A stretch of DNA of 64,000 nt from a virus (Duplodnaviria > Caudoviricetes): IMG/VR virus record IMGVR_UViG_3300010283_000005, positions 1-64,000 of that record; one strand, 5' to 3'. The notes under the pieces are model-generated. The model saw only the letters and a program-made list of their open reading frames with translations, searched no databases and was not told the DNA's origin. The translations under genes were made by a program, and so were the position numbers. Shown here piece by piece: positions 24,196-33,730 of this stretch (position 1 is the first letter of the stretch; every line of letters starts with the position of its first letter).

Positions 24196-24828
24196 TTGCC
24201 AGTAATTTATAAGATTACTAATAAGATTAATGGCAAGGTCTATATAGGACGTACTCGTGGTACTGCGAAAGATAGATTCGAGAGGCATTGGAGACAACGT
24301 TATGAAGATAAGCCATTTTACCATGATCTGCGAGAGTTAGGTAAAGATGGATTCCGACTAGAAGTCCTGCAAGAGGTATCGGATGATGACTGGACTACTG
24401 AATATAGCATAATTCAGCAGTATGTTCATGATTTAGGAATTGACCAAGTATATAATGTAGAGATAGCTGGTCAAGCTTGCAATAGTCATAAGGCTATTAT
24501 CGAGAAGTATGGATCTCTCGAAGCAGTTGTACATAACGATGCTTGCTGGGATAAATCTAGAAAATCGCAGATCGACAGATACGGTAAGCTGGCAATTCAC
24601 TGGAAATCTTCATACGAGCCTAAAAGTTATCATTTTCAGTATGATGATCAGGAATTCGTAGGATTTACTGATCTATGGAAGTATCTGAGAGAGCATGGCT
24701 ATCCTAAAATAGGCAAGACTACCGTCAAGAGGATAGCTCATAATCCAGATAAAATATTCAGATCTTACCCTGAGCTAAGTGGCAAGATAATAATCCTAGA
24801 AGGATTAGGAAGGAGATCAAATGGATAG
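24196..24828 (+). CDS. free-standing GIY-YIG homing endonuclease (Seg-like)
   Basis: VIYKITNKINGKVYIGRT...RFERH; YN motif. Confidence 0.85.
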   Translation: MPVIYKITNKINGKVYIGRTRGTAKDRFERHWRQRYEDKPFYHDLRELGKDGFRLEVLQEVSDDDWTTEYSIIQQYVHDLGIDQVYNVEIAGQACNSHKAIIEKYGSLEAVVHNDACWDKSRKSQIDRYGKLAIHWKSSYEPKSYHFQYDDQEFVGFTDLWKYLREHGYPKIGKTTVKRIAHNPDKIFRSYPELSGKIIILEGLGRRSNG

Positions 24829-25456
24829 AGATAAGATATCTAAGAATGTACCATTCTTAGAAGTAATCACTGGAGGAATGTATTCAGGAAAATCGCAAGA
24901 GATCAATCGTAGATTGACTTATATAGATCATTACAATCAGTCGAGACAGAACTTCTATGATGGAAGTGGAATGATTAGCTATATTATTATCAGACCCGAT
25001 ACAGATACTCGTTCCTCAGAAGTCAGAACAGTTCCTTATCAGGATCGTAACTGGAAGTATTCTAAGCGAGATGATATCTTCACTTCGACTGATGGTTCTA
25101 AGATCGATCTCTTGCAGTATGACTACATCATACTGGATGAAGCTCAGTTCTTCTCCAGTGAAGTGATTGATCAGGTAGAGTCGTTACTCAACGAGGATAA
25201 GTATGTGATCATATCAGGTCTGGATAAGGACTGCTTCGGGAAGCCATTCTCGAAGTTCATGCAGTGGGCATTATGCTTAGCAGATGACGTGACTAAGCTA
25301 ACTGCAATATGTGCTAAGTGTGGAGCTCCATCAACAATGGCTAAGCTAGTCTCTATGGATCCATCAGAGATTATCGAAGGCAATATCATTATAGAAGATG
25401 AGAACCACAAATACGTTCCGATGTGTCGCAAGTGCATGCAAGAGACGTATTGGTAA
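24821..25456 (+). CDS. tdk: thymidine kinase
   Basis: GGMYSGKS P-loop, LDEAQFF, GLDKD..KPF, CAKCG / CRKC zinc site. Confidence 0.92.
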   Translation: MDRDKISKNVPFLEVITGGMYSGKSQEINRRLTYIDHYNQSRQNFYDGSGMISYIIIRPDTDTRSSEVRTVPYQDRNWKYSKRDDIFTSTDGSKIDLLQYDYIILDEAQFFSSEVIDQVESLLNEDKYVIISGLDKDCFGKPFSKFMQWALCLADDVTKLTAICAKCGAPSTMAKLVSMDPSEIIEGNIIIEDENHKYVPMCRKCMQETYW

Positions 25457-25468
25457 TCAATTAGGAGG

Positions 25469-26290
25469 ATGCGAATGAATAATAAACTAGCAGTCCTGCT
25501 TATTGCAGGAGGACTAGCGATTATTTCAGTAAGTCATCTAGTGATTGAAAACACTAAATATGTGACAGAACCTAGTACTGAAATAGAAATCGCTACTGAG
25601 CAGGTAGCTACTCAGAGTACAATAGTCTCTGAAACAAAAAATTCTGCTCCATTAACTACCATGAGTAATCCGATTGAGGTTACTTATCAATTCGATACGA
25701 TTGAGAAGCAGCCTAAGGCTGAATTCGAAGATCGTGATGAATTAGTATATACTACTTCTCGAGTGAATCTTAGGGTAGAACCTAATACTGATTCAGATAT
25801 CTATAAGACAATTGATTGGAGTACTAATCTGCATCGAGTAGGGTACAGTTCTGATGGCTGGAGCAGGATCGATCTCGATGATAGTGAGTACTATGTATGT
25901 AATGACTACATTGAAGTCGTTACTCAAGATCGACTAGATGATATTGAATTGCTAGCTCGAATCATATGGGCAGAATCAGGCAATCAAAGTCTAGAAGGTA
26001 AGAGAGCAGTAGGTTCTGTAGTGTATAATAGATGGCATTACGATGGTTATGGTGGGTCTGATACAATACTGGGAGTGATCTCGTTTCCAGGTCAGTTCTG
26101 CGGATACCAATCTAAGAACTGGTACGAGGATTACTCAGAAGATACTTACAAGATAGCTTGTGAGGTCTATGACGGACATACTAATGCACCTAGTGGTGTC
26201 AGAAACTTTAAGACTAATAGTTGCCATGCTAACTGGGATCTGAAGGTCTGGAAAGTAATTGGTGACCATACATTCTACTATGGCGAATAA
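25469..26290 (+). CDS. membrane-anchored SH3b + Hydrolase_2 (SleB-like) cell wall hydrolase
   Basis: N-terminal TM; VNLR..P SH3b; LARIIWAES..GKRAVG.VV.NR; GQF; IGDHTFY. Confidence 0.85.
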   Translation: MRMNNKLAVLLIAGGLAIISVSHLVIENTKYVTEPSTEIEIATEQVATQSTIVSETKNSAPLTTMSNPIEVTYQFDTIEKQPKAEFEDRDELVYTTSRVNLRVEPNTDSDIYKTIDWSTNLHRVGYSSDGWSRIDLDDSEYYVCNDYIEVVTQDRLDDIELLARIIWAESGNQSLEGKRAVGSVVYNRWHYDGYGGSDTILGVISFPGQFCGYQSKNWYEDYSEDTYKIACEVYDGHTNAPSGVRNFKTNSCHANWDLKVWKVIGDHTFYYGE

Positions 26291-26303
26291 GGAGGACAAT
26301 GCT

Positions 26304-26765
26304 ATGTCTATGAGAGGATTTAGAATCCTGCCAGAGTTCACTGATAAGATCGCTAGCTTATCTGAGGAACTCAATCTAAGTTTCATTCCTCAGCGAGGAA
26401 CTAAGAAATCAGCTGGATATGATTTCAGATGCATCGAAGATGTGACGATTTATCCAGGTGAAATTAAGCTCATCCCTACTGGACTGACTGCGTACATGCA
26501 GGATGACGAAGAGTTGCAGCTTCGTTGCAGAAGTAGCTTAGCACTCAAGGGCTTGAGTGTAGCTAATGGCGTAGGTACGGTCGATGCTGACTATGAGGGT
26601 AAGCATATCCAGTTCATCTATGCTAACCGAGGTCATGAGGATATCCAGTTCAAGGCTGGAGATAAGATCGGTCAGGGTATCTTCAGTAAGTACCTGATTA
26701 CTGATGAGGACTATCCTTTATCTGAGGAACGTACCGGAGGATTCGGATCTACTGGGACTAAATAA
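26304..26765 (+). CDS. dut: dUTPase (trimeric)
   Basis: SAGYDF, RSSL, GTVDADYEG, IGQ, RTGGFGSTG. Confidence 0.95.
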   Translation: MSMRGFRILPEFTDKIASLSEELNLSFIPQRGTKKSAGYDFRCIEDVTIYPGEIKLIPTGLTAYMQDDEELQLRCRSSLALKGLSVANGVGTVDADYEGKHIQFIYANRGHEDIQFKAGDKIGQGIFSKYLITDEDYPLSEERTGGFGSTGTK

Positions 26766-26776
26766 CCTGAGATACA

Positions 26777-26806
26777 GGAGTAAATTTAGCTTAGAATACG
26801 TTTATA
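26777..26806 (+). promoter_or_regulatory. phage promoter copy
   Basis: GGAGTAAAT-N13-CGTTTATA followed by a UUCG hairpin. Confidence 0.75.
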
Positions 26807-26872
26807 CTTAAGTAAAGGGAAGTGCTTCGGTGCTTCCCTTTCTTGCTACAAAGGCTTTAAGGAGGAGATTCG

Positions 26873-27157
26873 ATGGCTAATCGAGAACATCGTACTAAGA
26901 AACCTCGTTGGCAATTAGGAGATCAGACTAAGCTTCAGGATCGAAATGGAAATCTCCTGCATATAGGAGATCAGATCAGTTATCGATCTGAAGTAGGCAG
27001 ACTCCTGGTTATTGATAATCGGATGATGCTACTTCCAGCTTACTCGATGTGGTATGGAGATGATGAATTTTTAGTCTCATCCTATGGAAAGTGCATTAGC
27101 ATCCCTGAAGATAATGGTGGAAAGCTCAATCTTGAACTTCTTGAGCCTTATAATTGA
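26873..27157 (+). CDS. hypothetical protein (YopX-like motif)
   Basis: LQDRNGNLLHIGDQI. Confidence 0.5.
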   Translation: MANREHRTKKPRWQLGDQTKLQDRNGNLLHIGDQISYRSEVGRLLVIDNRMMLLPAYSMWYGDDEFLVSSYGKCISIPEDNGGKLNLELLEPYN

Positions 27158-27182
27158 TAGAATCTATACTGGAGGTAGAATT

Positions 27183-27551
27183 ATGAAGAACTTGCATATT
27201 TTGGATGAATATCGAGTACCTCACCTTGGAGTGATGGGCAATGAAAGCAATGGTAAATTTATCATCCCTACAGAGAATGGTCGTCAGAACTTCCTAATCA
27301 TTGCATCTGCAGAGATGGGGTGGGATCACGTATCTGTATCCTTAATCACAGGCGACCGTTCAGCTGAAGTCGATCGCTGTCCTAAGTGGAATGAGATGTG
27401 TTACGTCAAGGACTTATTCTTTGATGAAGATGAGGTAGTAATGCAGCTGCATCCTGCTAAGAAGGACTATGTCAACTGCCACAATTATACTCTGCATCTG
27501 TGGAGACCTCAGGAACAGGAGATTCCTTGCCCTCCTACATATATGGTCTAA
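27183..27551 (+). CDS. conserved phage hypothetical protein
   Basis: GWDHVSVS..RCP.W.EMC.VKDLFF..HP...YVN.H...LHLWRP motif common in phages. Confidence 0.7.
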   Translation: MKNLHILDEYRVPHLGVMGNESNGKFIIPTENGRQNFLIIASAEMGWDHVSVSLITGDRSAEVDRCPKWNEMCYVKDLFFDEDEVVMQLHPAKKDYVNCHNYTLHLWRPQEQEIPCPPTYMV

Positions 27552-27564
27552 GGAGGTAGGTATT

Positions 27565-28119
27565 ATGGGTACGATTGGAATTAAGCTTGATTATGAAGTA
27601 GCGAGTAGAGCAGCACTGAATATGATCGATGAACTCAAGAGAGTCTGCTGTGATTACAATATCGACAATGCAGTAGTAGCAGGTTCAATTCGTAGGTATA
27701 AGAAGTATGATATTGGAGATATCGATATCATACTGGTGACTACTGATGGTCTGATTCATCCTAAATTCTGTGATTATCTGAAGAATGAATTAGGATTCCA
27801 GATTGATGCAGGTGGATCTAAACTAGTAAGATCACTGAGTCATGCTGATGTTCAATTCGATTTCTACTCATGTACTGAATCTGAACTAGTTCCAATGCTA
27901 GTATATCTCACAGGTCCATCGAATTTTAATATAGGTATGAGGAGTACTGCTAGAACTCTAGGTTATAAACTCAATCAGAAAGCATTGATTAATCTATCTG
28001 ATGATTCTGAATTCTACTTACCTAATGAGGAATCTATCTTTCAGATACTAGGTTGTAAATATATCAATCCTGAAGATAGAATCAATTGGTATTCTAGTTA
28101 TAGAAATAATAAGTTATAA
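27565..28119 (+). CDS. minimal family X DNA polymerase (palm + thumb only)
   Basis: AGSIRR, GDIDI, QFDF, YLTG..NF N..MR..A...GYKLN, EE.IF..LG..YI.PE.R. Confidence 0.85.
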   Translation: MGTIGIKLDYEVASRAALNMIDELKRVCCDYNIDNAVVAGSIRRYKKYDIGDIDIILVTTDGLIHPKFCDYLKNELGFQIDAGGSKLVRSLSHADVQFDFYSCTESELVPMLVYLTGPSNFNIGMRSTARTLGYKLNQKALINLSDDSEFYLPNEESIFQILGCKYINPEDRINWYSSYRNNKL

Positions 28120-28178
28120 ATAAGTAATAATTATTTATAATTATATAATATATTAAGGAAGGGTAATTCACCCTTTGT
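28100..28178 (-). repeat. 26-bp conserved box plus AT-rich tract, copy 3 of 3 (inverted)
   Basis: minus strand ACAAAGGGTGAATTACCCTTCCTTAA (28178-28153) followed by an A/T tract. Confidence 0.65.
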
Positions 28179-28199
28179 AATAAGATAGGAGATGATAAT

Positions 28200-28496
28200 A
28201 TGAGAAGTATCGTAGAAGTAATAGATAAGATTCTGAAGAAGTTACCTTCAGATAAGGATAAAGATCCTAGTGTAGTAATTATGAGAACTAAGATGACTAG
28301 GATTCAGAATGAATGCTTATATAAAGCTCCTGAGGTAGTAGTTGAGGATCATTATTGGTATGAGTTATCTTCAGCTATTCTCGATTACAAGGATGACTAC
28401 CATGATGTAATGTGGTACTGCGAGATAGTAGCTATCCTCAGCAATCGTACTTATGATGAGATTGTAAGAGCATTTAAGTCAGAATACAAGAGCTGA
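28200..28496 (+). CDS. hypothetical protein
   Basis: AGGAG SD. Confidence 0.55.
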   Translation: MRSIVEVIDKILKKLPSDKDKDPSVVIMRTKMTRIQNECLYKAPEVVVEDHYWYELSSAILDYKDDYHDVMWYCEIVAILSNRTYDEIVRAFKSEYKS

Positions 28497-28518
28497 TTTC
28501 ACTAAATATACGTTTATA
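28489..28518 (+). promoter_or_regulatory. phage promoter copy
   Basis: AGAGCTGAT-N13-CGTTTATA. Confidence 0.7.
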
Positions 28519-28528
28519 GTTAAGGAGG

Positions 28529-28759
28529 GTGCTTGACATGAAAGCTTATGGTCTCGATGCAATGCGATCTAAGGGTTGCAAATATGCAGAAGATGATGTC
28601 TGCACTAAGGGATGGTTTCATGGTACTGGCAAGCATCAGAGCAAGCGTCGTAGAAACCATCAGAGAATTTATAAGAAGATTCAGAGAGCTCATAATAAGC
28701 AGGAGCTCAGAACTGAATCAAGAACCTATACTGAACAGGAGGATCAATCACATGAATGA
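28529..28759 (+). CDS. small basic hypothetical protein
   Basis: AAGGAGG SD; K/R-rich. Confidence 0.5.
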   Translation: MLDMKAYGLDAMRSKGCKYAEDDVCTKGWFHGTGKHQSKRRRNHQRIYKKIQRAHNKQELRTESRTYTEQEDQSHE

Positions 28760-30128
28760 ATTTCAGAAGAGTATCGCTAGTGGTATCGAAGCTATGGTTC
28801 ACAATGAATCTGCTACGATTATCACACCTAATGTCCCTGAGAAAGTGATCACCCTTTCCGATGAGCAGAGAGCTATTGTAGAGAGTGATGCTAATAATAT
28901 CATCGTAGCAGCAGGAGCAGGGTCAGGTAAGACTCGAGTCCTTATCGAGCGTATCAAGTATCTGCTCGACGTAAAGCAGGTCGATGCAAGTAATATTGTA
29001 GCCATTACTTTCACTAATATGGCTGCAGATGAGATGCGTGAGAGACTCTGTGATGTCAGAGGAATCGGTGATGCATTCATTGGTACGATTCACGCATTTG
29101 CTAATCGTATCTTTCGTAATGCTGACTTGTCCTACGAGATCTACAGTGATGCAAAGGATAGTGAACTGCATAAGGAACTCATCGATAAGTATTGCAAGTT
29201 CTTGACTTATTTCAAGTATCTTCAGTACAAGGATTTGCGTAGTAAGGCAGAGATGGGGATTATCCCTGAGGATCGAGTTAAGTCCTTCTTGATGCCTAGT
29301 GAGAAAGCTGAGTTGTCTGAATTACATAAGGCTACTTCTAAGCAGTTCCCTGAGACTATTATGAGTCTCTGTAGAAAGCGTAATATCATTACTTTTGATC
29401 AGTTACTTGACCATGCTTCTAAGTACTTCAAATCGATTGGAGCAGAGATTGAGTATGTGCTGGTAGATGAATTCCAGGATGTAGGTACTCTGGAGTACAA
29501 TTTCATTAAATCTCTCAATGCTAAGAACTATTTCTTTGTAGGAGATGATTGGCAGAGTATATATGGATTCAAAGGCGGTAATGTCAATATCTTCAAGAGT
29601 CTCATTTCGGATAAGAGATTCACTAAGTACTATCTTCAGGATAACTATCGTAGTGGTTCTGAAATTCTCAAGGTAGCTAAGCAGATCATTCATCAGGTTC
29701 CTGGTATCATCGAGAAGAAGGTAGTCAATAAATCTGGTAAGACTGGTTCTGTGAAACTTGATAATAAGTATCATCTGCATTCTTATCTGGAGAACATTCG
29801 ATTGAATGGTAAGTATGGAGATTGGTTCATCCTTGTTCGATCCAATCGAGAAGTTTATCAGTACTCTGAGTTGATGACTAAGCTTCATCTGCCGTTCTCG
29901 ACATTCAAACGAGCTGATCTATCTCTAGCTGAGATGCGAGCAGAGATGGCTAAAGATACAGTGAAACTTCTGACTATCCATACTGCTAAGGGACTTGAGT
30001 CTCCTAATGTATTGGTAGTTGGTAACTTCCCATTGAAGCAGCCTAATTATCAGAGAAATTCTGATGAGCGTAAGGTCTTCTATGTTGCTATCACTCGTGC
30101 GATGAATCAGCTGATTATTCTGAATTAA
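28752..30128 (+). CDS. UvrD/PcrA-family SF1 helicase (compact)
   Basis: AGAGSGKT, ITFTN, GTIH, VDEFQD, VGDDWQSIYGF, NYRS, TIHTAKGLE, YVAITRA. Confidence 0.92.
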   Translation: MNEFQKSIASGIEAMVHNESATIITPNVPEKVITLSDEQRAIVESDANNIIVAAGAGSGKTRVLIERIKYLLDVKQVDASNIVAITFTNMAADEMRERLCDVRGIGDAFIGTIHAFANRIFRNADLSYEIYSDAKDSELHKELIDKYCKFLTYFKYLQYKDLRSKAEMGIIPEDRVKSFLMPSEKAELSELHKATSKQFPETIMSLCRKRNIITFDQLLDHASKYFKSIGAEIEYVLVDEFQDVGTLEYNFIKSLNAKNYFFVGDDWQSIYGFKGGNVNIFKSLISDKRFTKYYLQDNYRSGSEILKVAKQIIHQVPGIIEKKVVNKSGKTGSVKLDNKYHLHSYLENIRLNGKYGDWFILVRSNREVYQYSELMTKLHLPFSTFKRADLSLAEMRAEMAKDTVKLLTIHTAKGLESPNVLVVGNFPLKQPNYQRNSDERKVFYVAITRAMNQLIILN

Positions 30129-30141
30129 GGAGGAATGCTTA

Positions 30142-31032
30142 ATGAAAGGAATTATCCTAGCAGCTGGAAAAGGTACTCGGATGCGTCCTATGACTTACGA
30201 GACTCCTAAGCCGCTGCTCCCTATCTACGATAAGCCTATGATTTACTATCCGTTCTCCACCTTGATTGGATTAGGGATCAAGGATATCCTGATTATCGTA
30301 GATTCTCAAAACAAACTCAGATATCGTGATCTGCTGTCTAGATATGAATCCTTAGGAATCAAAGTGAGCGTCGAGGTTCAGCATGAAGCTCGAGGGATCG
30401 CTGATGCTTTCATCATCGGTGAGGAATTCATCGGAGAAGATGATGTCTGCTTGATCCTTGGAGATAACCTATTCTGTGCTAAGGATCCAGCTCAGCGTTG
30501 GAGGACTAATCTGACTGCAGATAAATTTCAATCTGGAGCTAAGATCCTAGCATATCAGGTTAGTGATCCTAGTCGATTCGGAGTGATCGAATTTGACAAA
30601 GATGGTAATGCGATCTCGCTTGAGGAGAAACCTACACATCCTAAGTCTGACTTCATCGTACCTGGATTGTATCAGTACGATAATCAGGTAATTGAGATTG
30701 CTAAGTCAATCAAGCCTTCTGCCAGAGGTGAGCTCGAAATTACTGATGTCAATCAGGAGTATCTCAATCGAGGTCAGCTCAAGGTGGAGAAGGTACAAGA
30801 TGTTCGTTGGTACGATACTGGCACAGCAGATAGTATGCTGCTTGCTAGTATCCATGTAAGTCAGGCTAGCCATGATAATGATCCTAAAGGATATATTGGT
30901 ATGCCTGAAGTTGAAGCTCATCGATCTGGTTTAATCAGCGATCAAGAATTCACTGAATTCTTGAGAGATGCTGGTGATACTAGATACACAGAACTCATGA
31001 CTAGCTATGCTAGTACAAATCACTTAATTTAA
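30142..31032 (+). CDS. rmlA: glucose-1-phosphate thymidylyltransferase
   Basis: KGIILAAGKGTRM.P, KPLLPIYDKPMIYYP, LILGDN, EEKP, SARGELEITD, W.DTGT. Confidence 0.9.
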   Translation: MKGIILAAGKGTRMRPMTYETPKPLLPIYDKPMIYYPFSTLIGLGIKDILIIVDSQNKLRYRDLLSRYESLGIKVSVEVQHEARGIADAFIIGEEFIGEDDVCLILGDNLFCAKDPAQRWRTNLTADKFQSGAKILAYQVSDPSRFGVIEFDKDGNAISLEEKPTHPKSDFIVPGLYQYDNQVIEIAKSIKPSARGELEITDVNQEYLNRGQLKVEKVQDVRWYDTGTADSMLLASIHVSQASHDNDPKGYIGMPEVEAHRSGLISDQEFTEFLRDAGDTRYTELMTSYASTNHLI

Positions 31033-31043
31033 GGAGGTCAATT

Positions 31044-33281
31044 ATGGCAAAATTCTACTCATCAATTCTTGACTTAGGTAACTTAGGTCATCGCAAGGTA
31101 GCAGTCTGCAATGTGAATCAGGAAGATCTGCAGCAGTCCAATAATGTATCTGTGGATCGGATGCATCATATTCAGGTTCTTGATCTATCTGGATCAATGT
31201 ATCGAGATATCAATGATTTGATCGAGAATGTCAAGGATACTATCCGTTTCATCCCTGATGGGGATTATGTGAGTATCATTTGGTTCTCAGGTGCTGATGA
31301 ATGCAAAGTTCTGATCAAGGGTGCTCAGAAAAATGATTCTCTGTTTGCACTGCTCGATAATCTCAAATCGGTGCTCGGAGTGACTTGCTTTAGTGCACCT
31401 ATGGTTGAGGTAGGCAATATTATCAATGATCTGAAACCTATCTGCCCTAATTTCTCAGTGACAGTATTCACTGATGGTCAGCCTGTAGTAGCATGGTGTA
31501 CTGAGGAGGAGATTCGTCTTACTCTGGAGGCTATTGATACTTGGAAGGATGATGTGCTTGCACTCAATACCATCGGTTATGGTAACTACTACGATCAGGA
31601 TTTCTTGAAGCAGATGTCTGCTAAGACTATCTTCGGTCAGTTTATCCATTCTGCTGATATTAATGAGTACAAGGATATCTTCTCTCACAACTATGAGATC
31701 ACTTCTGATCTGATCATGACTAGTGTTGAGGTAGTAGCTCCAGGTTCTGAAGTTATGTATCTGACTAGCAAGCTGGCAGTTAAAGGTGATGCTAATCTCA
31801 AGACTCGAGCTATCGACAAGCTTAAGAATCAGTTCGTGGTAGTAGGTCAGGATGAGAATGACTTCAATTTCTTATTCGGAGAAGATTCTGTAGGTACTTC
31901 CAATATGAAAGAGATTCCTACTGCTTCTATCACTCCTATCATGTATGCCTATGCTTACACTTCTTACTATGAGGGTAATCGTAAGCAGGCTATGGACATC
32001 ATGGCTAAGGTGCTTCACGATAAGCATGGAGTCGATGTCATGCGCAATGCATTCACCTATGACGAGACTGCTGCAGTAACTAGGTTTTTACGTCAGGCTA
32101 TGCTGTCTACTAAGTATCGTATGATCGATGGCGAGTGTGCTAGTGACTATGTAGCTTCTGATAATGCTCCTTGCTTGATGGATGTACTTGGCATCATTCT
32201 AAAAGGGGAGGATTCCCAGTACAAGTATACTTCAGATTATTCTCGAATTGGTAAGAAAGTCGAAGATACCTTCAATCTGTTCCATCGTGATACTTCTAAG
32301 GAAGTACTGACTCCTGTCAGTGAGCTGGTATTCAATAAGTCTAGACTGAATATCTCGATCAAGTCTGTCATCGAAGGTACTGTATCTCTGAATCCTAAGC
32401 AGGCAGCTAAGGTGGGACTTCCAAACGAACTTCCTTCTAAAATCTATCGTAATCAGACTTTGATCAAGGATGGAGCTCCTAATATGAGTGAGGTGCAGTT
32501 CTTAGTCAATGCTGATACTTATGCTGAACTGAAAGCTCTCAATCTTGATAATGCTATCATTGGCAAGATGAGTGATGCTGCAACTCAGACCTATACAGTA
32601 GTAATCAAAATGCATGAGCTTCCGATTATCAATTACTCCTACGTAGGCGATTGTACTGATGTGGATAATCTACTCAAGTTAGTAGTCTGCCAGAATTATC
32701 TTCAGGCTGCTCAGAAAGTTCTTGGATTTATCCGTGATGAGGTGTATGATTATCGCAAGGCTCATGGTATCTTCGATACTTCTAAGCAGTTTGCTCAGTA
32801 CACTCCTGAGCAGATCGAAGTTCTGAAGGAGCATGGTCTCAATGATCGAGCTGAGTATGTTGGAGTCAATAATGTAGCTAAGAAGTCTGGAGACAGCTAC
32901 GTGACTCGAGAACTTGAGTTCCAGCTCAAAGGCTACTCTACTCTGCCTACTAAGGAGAAGTTCTATGATAAGATCAGCAAGGGTGGTAAACTCAATTGTC
33001 CTGAGACTATGATGAATACTGCTAAGTCTGATTTTGAACAGCTCACTGCTGGGATCGATTATGGTAGCAATGAATATCTTGCTAAGGTCAATGCTTCTCT
33101 CCTCAAGGTTAAATCGCAGTTAGCTGCTATCAGAATGGTTTTAGCTTCTCAGAAGATTGCACTGGTGCTGACTGGTGAATGGTTTACTGGACTTGAGGTC
33201 GATAAGAAGGGTAATTATCTGTACTCTGATGGTGAGAATACCTTAGTTATCAAAGCTAACCGTACAGTGATCGAATTGTAA
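31044..33281 (+). CDS. large vWA-domain protein
   Basis: DLSGSM, FTDGQP, NTIGYG MIDAS motifs. Confidence 0.8.
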   Translation: MAKFYSSILDLGNLGHRKVAVCNVNQEDLQQSNNVSVDRMHHIQVLDLSGSMYRDINDLIENVKDTIRFIPDGDYVSIIWFSGADECKVLIKGAQKNDSLFALLDNLKSVLGVTCFSAPMVEVGNIINDLKPICPNFSVTVFTDGQPVVAWCTEEEIRLTLEAIDTWKDDVLALNTIGYGNYYDQDFLKQMSAKTIFGQFIHSADINEYKDIFSHNYEITSDLIMTSVEVVAPGSEVMYLTSKLAVKGDANLKTRAIDKLKNQFVVVGQDENDFNFLFGEDSVGTSNMKEIPTASITPIMYAYAYTSYYEGNRKQAMDIMAKVLHDKHGVDVMRNAFTYDETAAVTRFLRQAMLSTKYRMIDGECASDYVASDNAPCLMDVLGIILKGEDSQYKYTSDYSRIGKKVEDTFNLFHRDTSKEVLTPVSELVFNKSRLNISIKSVIEGTVSLNPKQAAKVGLPNELPSKIYRNQTLIKDGAPNMSEVQFLVNADTYAELKALNLDNAIIGKMSDAATQTYTVVIKMHELPIINYSYVGDCTDVDNLLKLVVCQNYLQAAQKVLGFIRDEVYDYRKAHGIFDTSKQFAQYTPEQIEVLKEHGLNDRAEYVGVNNVAKKSGDSYVTRELEFQLKGYSTLPTKEKFYDKISKGGKLNCPETMMNTAKSDFEQLTAGIDYGSNEYLAKVNASLLKVKSQLAAIRMVLASQKIALVLTGEWFTGLEVDKKGNYLYSDGENTLVIKANRTVIEL

Positions 33282-33296
33282 TCAGGAGGTGAATTT

Positions 33297-33590
33297 ATGC
33301 TAGTCAGGGGAACTCGTACTGATCAGGTGCAGGTAGATATCTCGGATTCTGAATTATTCCGAGCATTAGCTACCAAGCTTGAAATGTCTAATGTATTCTT
33401 CCCTAGTAGAGATACTTATTGGGAGAAGAAGTATGATGAATCAGGATCGTTAGTAGCGTTAGTCGAGCAGACTGATATTAGCTATCATGGTAGTCCTTGC
33501 TATCGTGATACAGGTCGTAAGATCGATGATTCTCAGAAAATCAGAGAGTATCAGCTTCTGCATGAGTTGAAAGACTCAATTCTTCACTAA
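33297..33590 (+). CDS. hypothetical protein
   Basis: AGGAGGTGA SD. Confidence 0.55.
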   Translation: MLVRGTRTDQVQVDISDSELFRALATKLEMSNVFFPSRDTYWEKKYDESGSLVALVEQTDISYHGSPCYRDTGRKIDDSQKIREYQLLHELKDSILH

Positions 33591-33615
33591 ATTTACGAAA
33601 ATTTAGTTGAATAGC

Positions 33616-33645
33616 GGAGCAAATTTAGTTCGCTATCCGTTTATA
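33616..33645 (+). promoter_or_regulatory. phage promoter copy
   Basis: GGAGCAAAT-N13-CGTTTATA. Confidence 0.75.
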
Positions 33646-33730
33646 ATTGTGTAAGGGTCGAAAGCGAAAGGCTTTCCTCCCCTACATAACAAATAAAATT
33701 TAAGAAATTCACTGCAAGGAGGATTTAACA

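Noticed and set aside
26815-26843. Intrinsic terminator after dut
   Set aside because: The hairpin lies just downstream of a promoter copy and matches the 5'-terminal hairpins seen after other copies; a dual role cannot be excluded.
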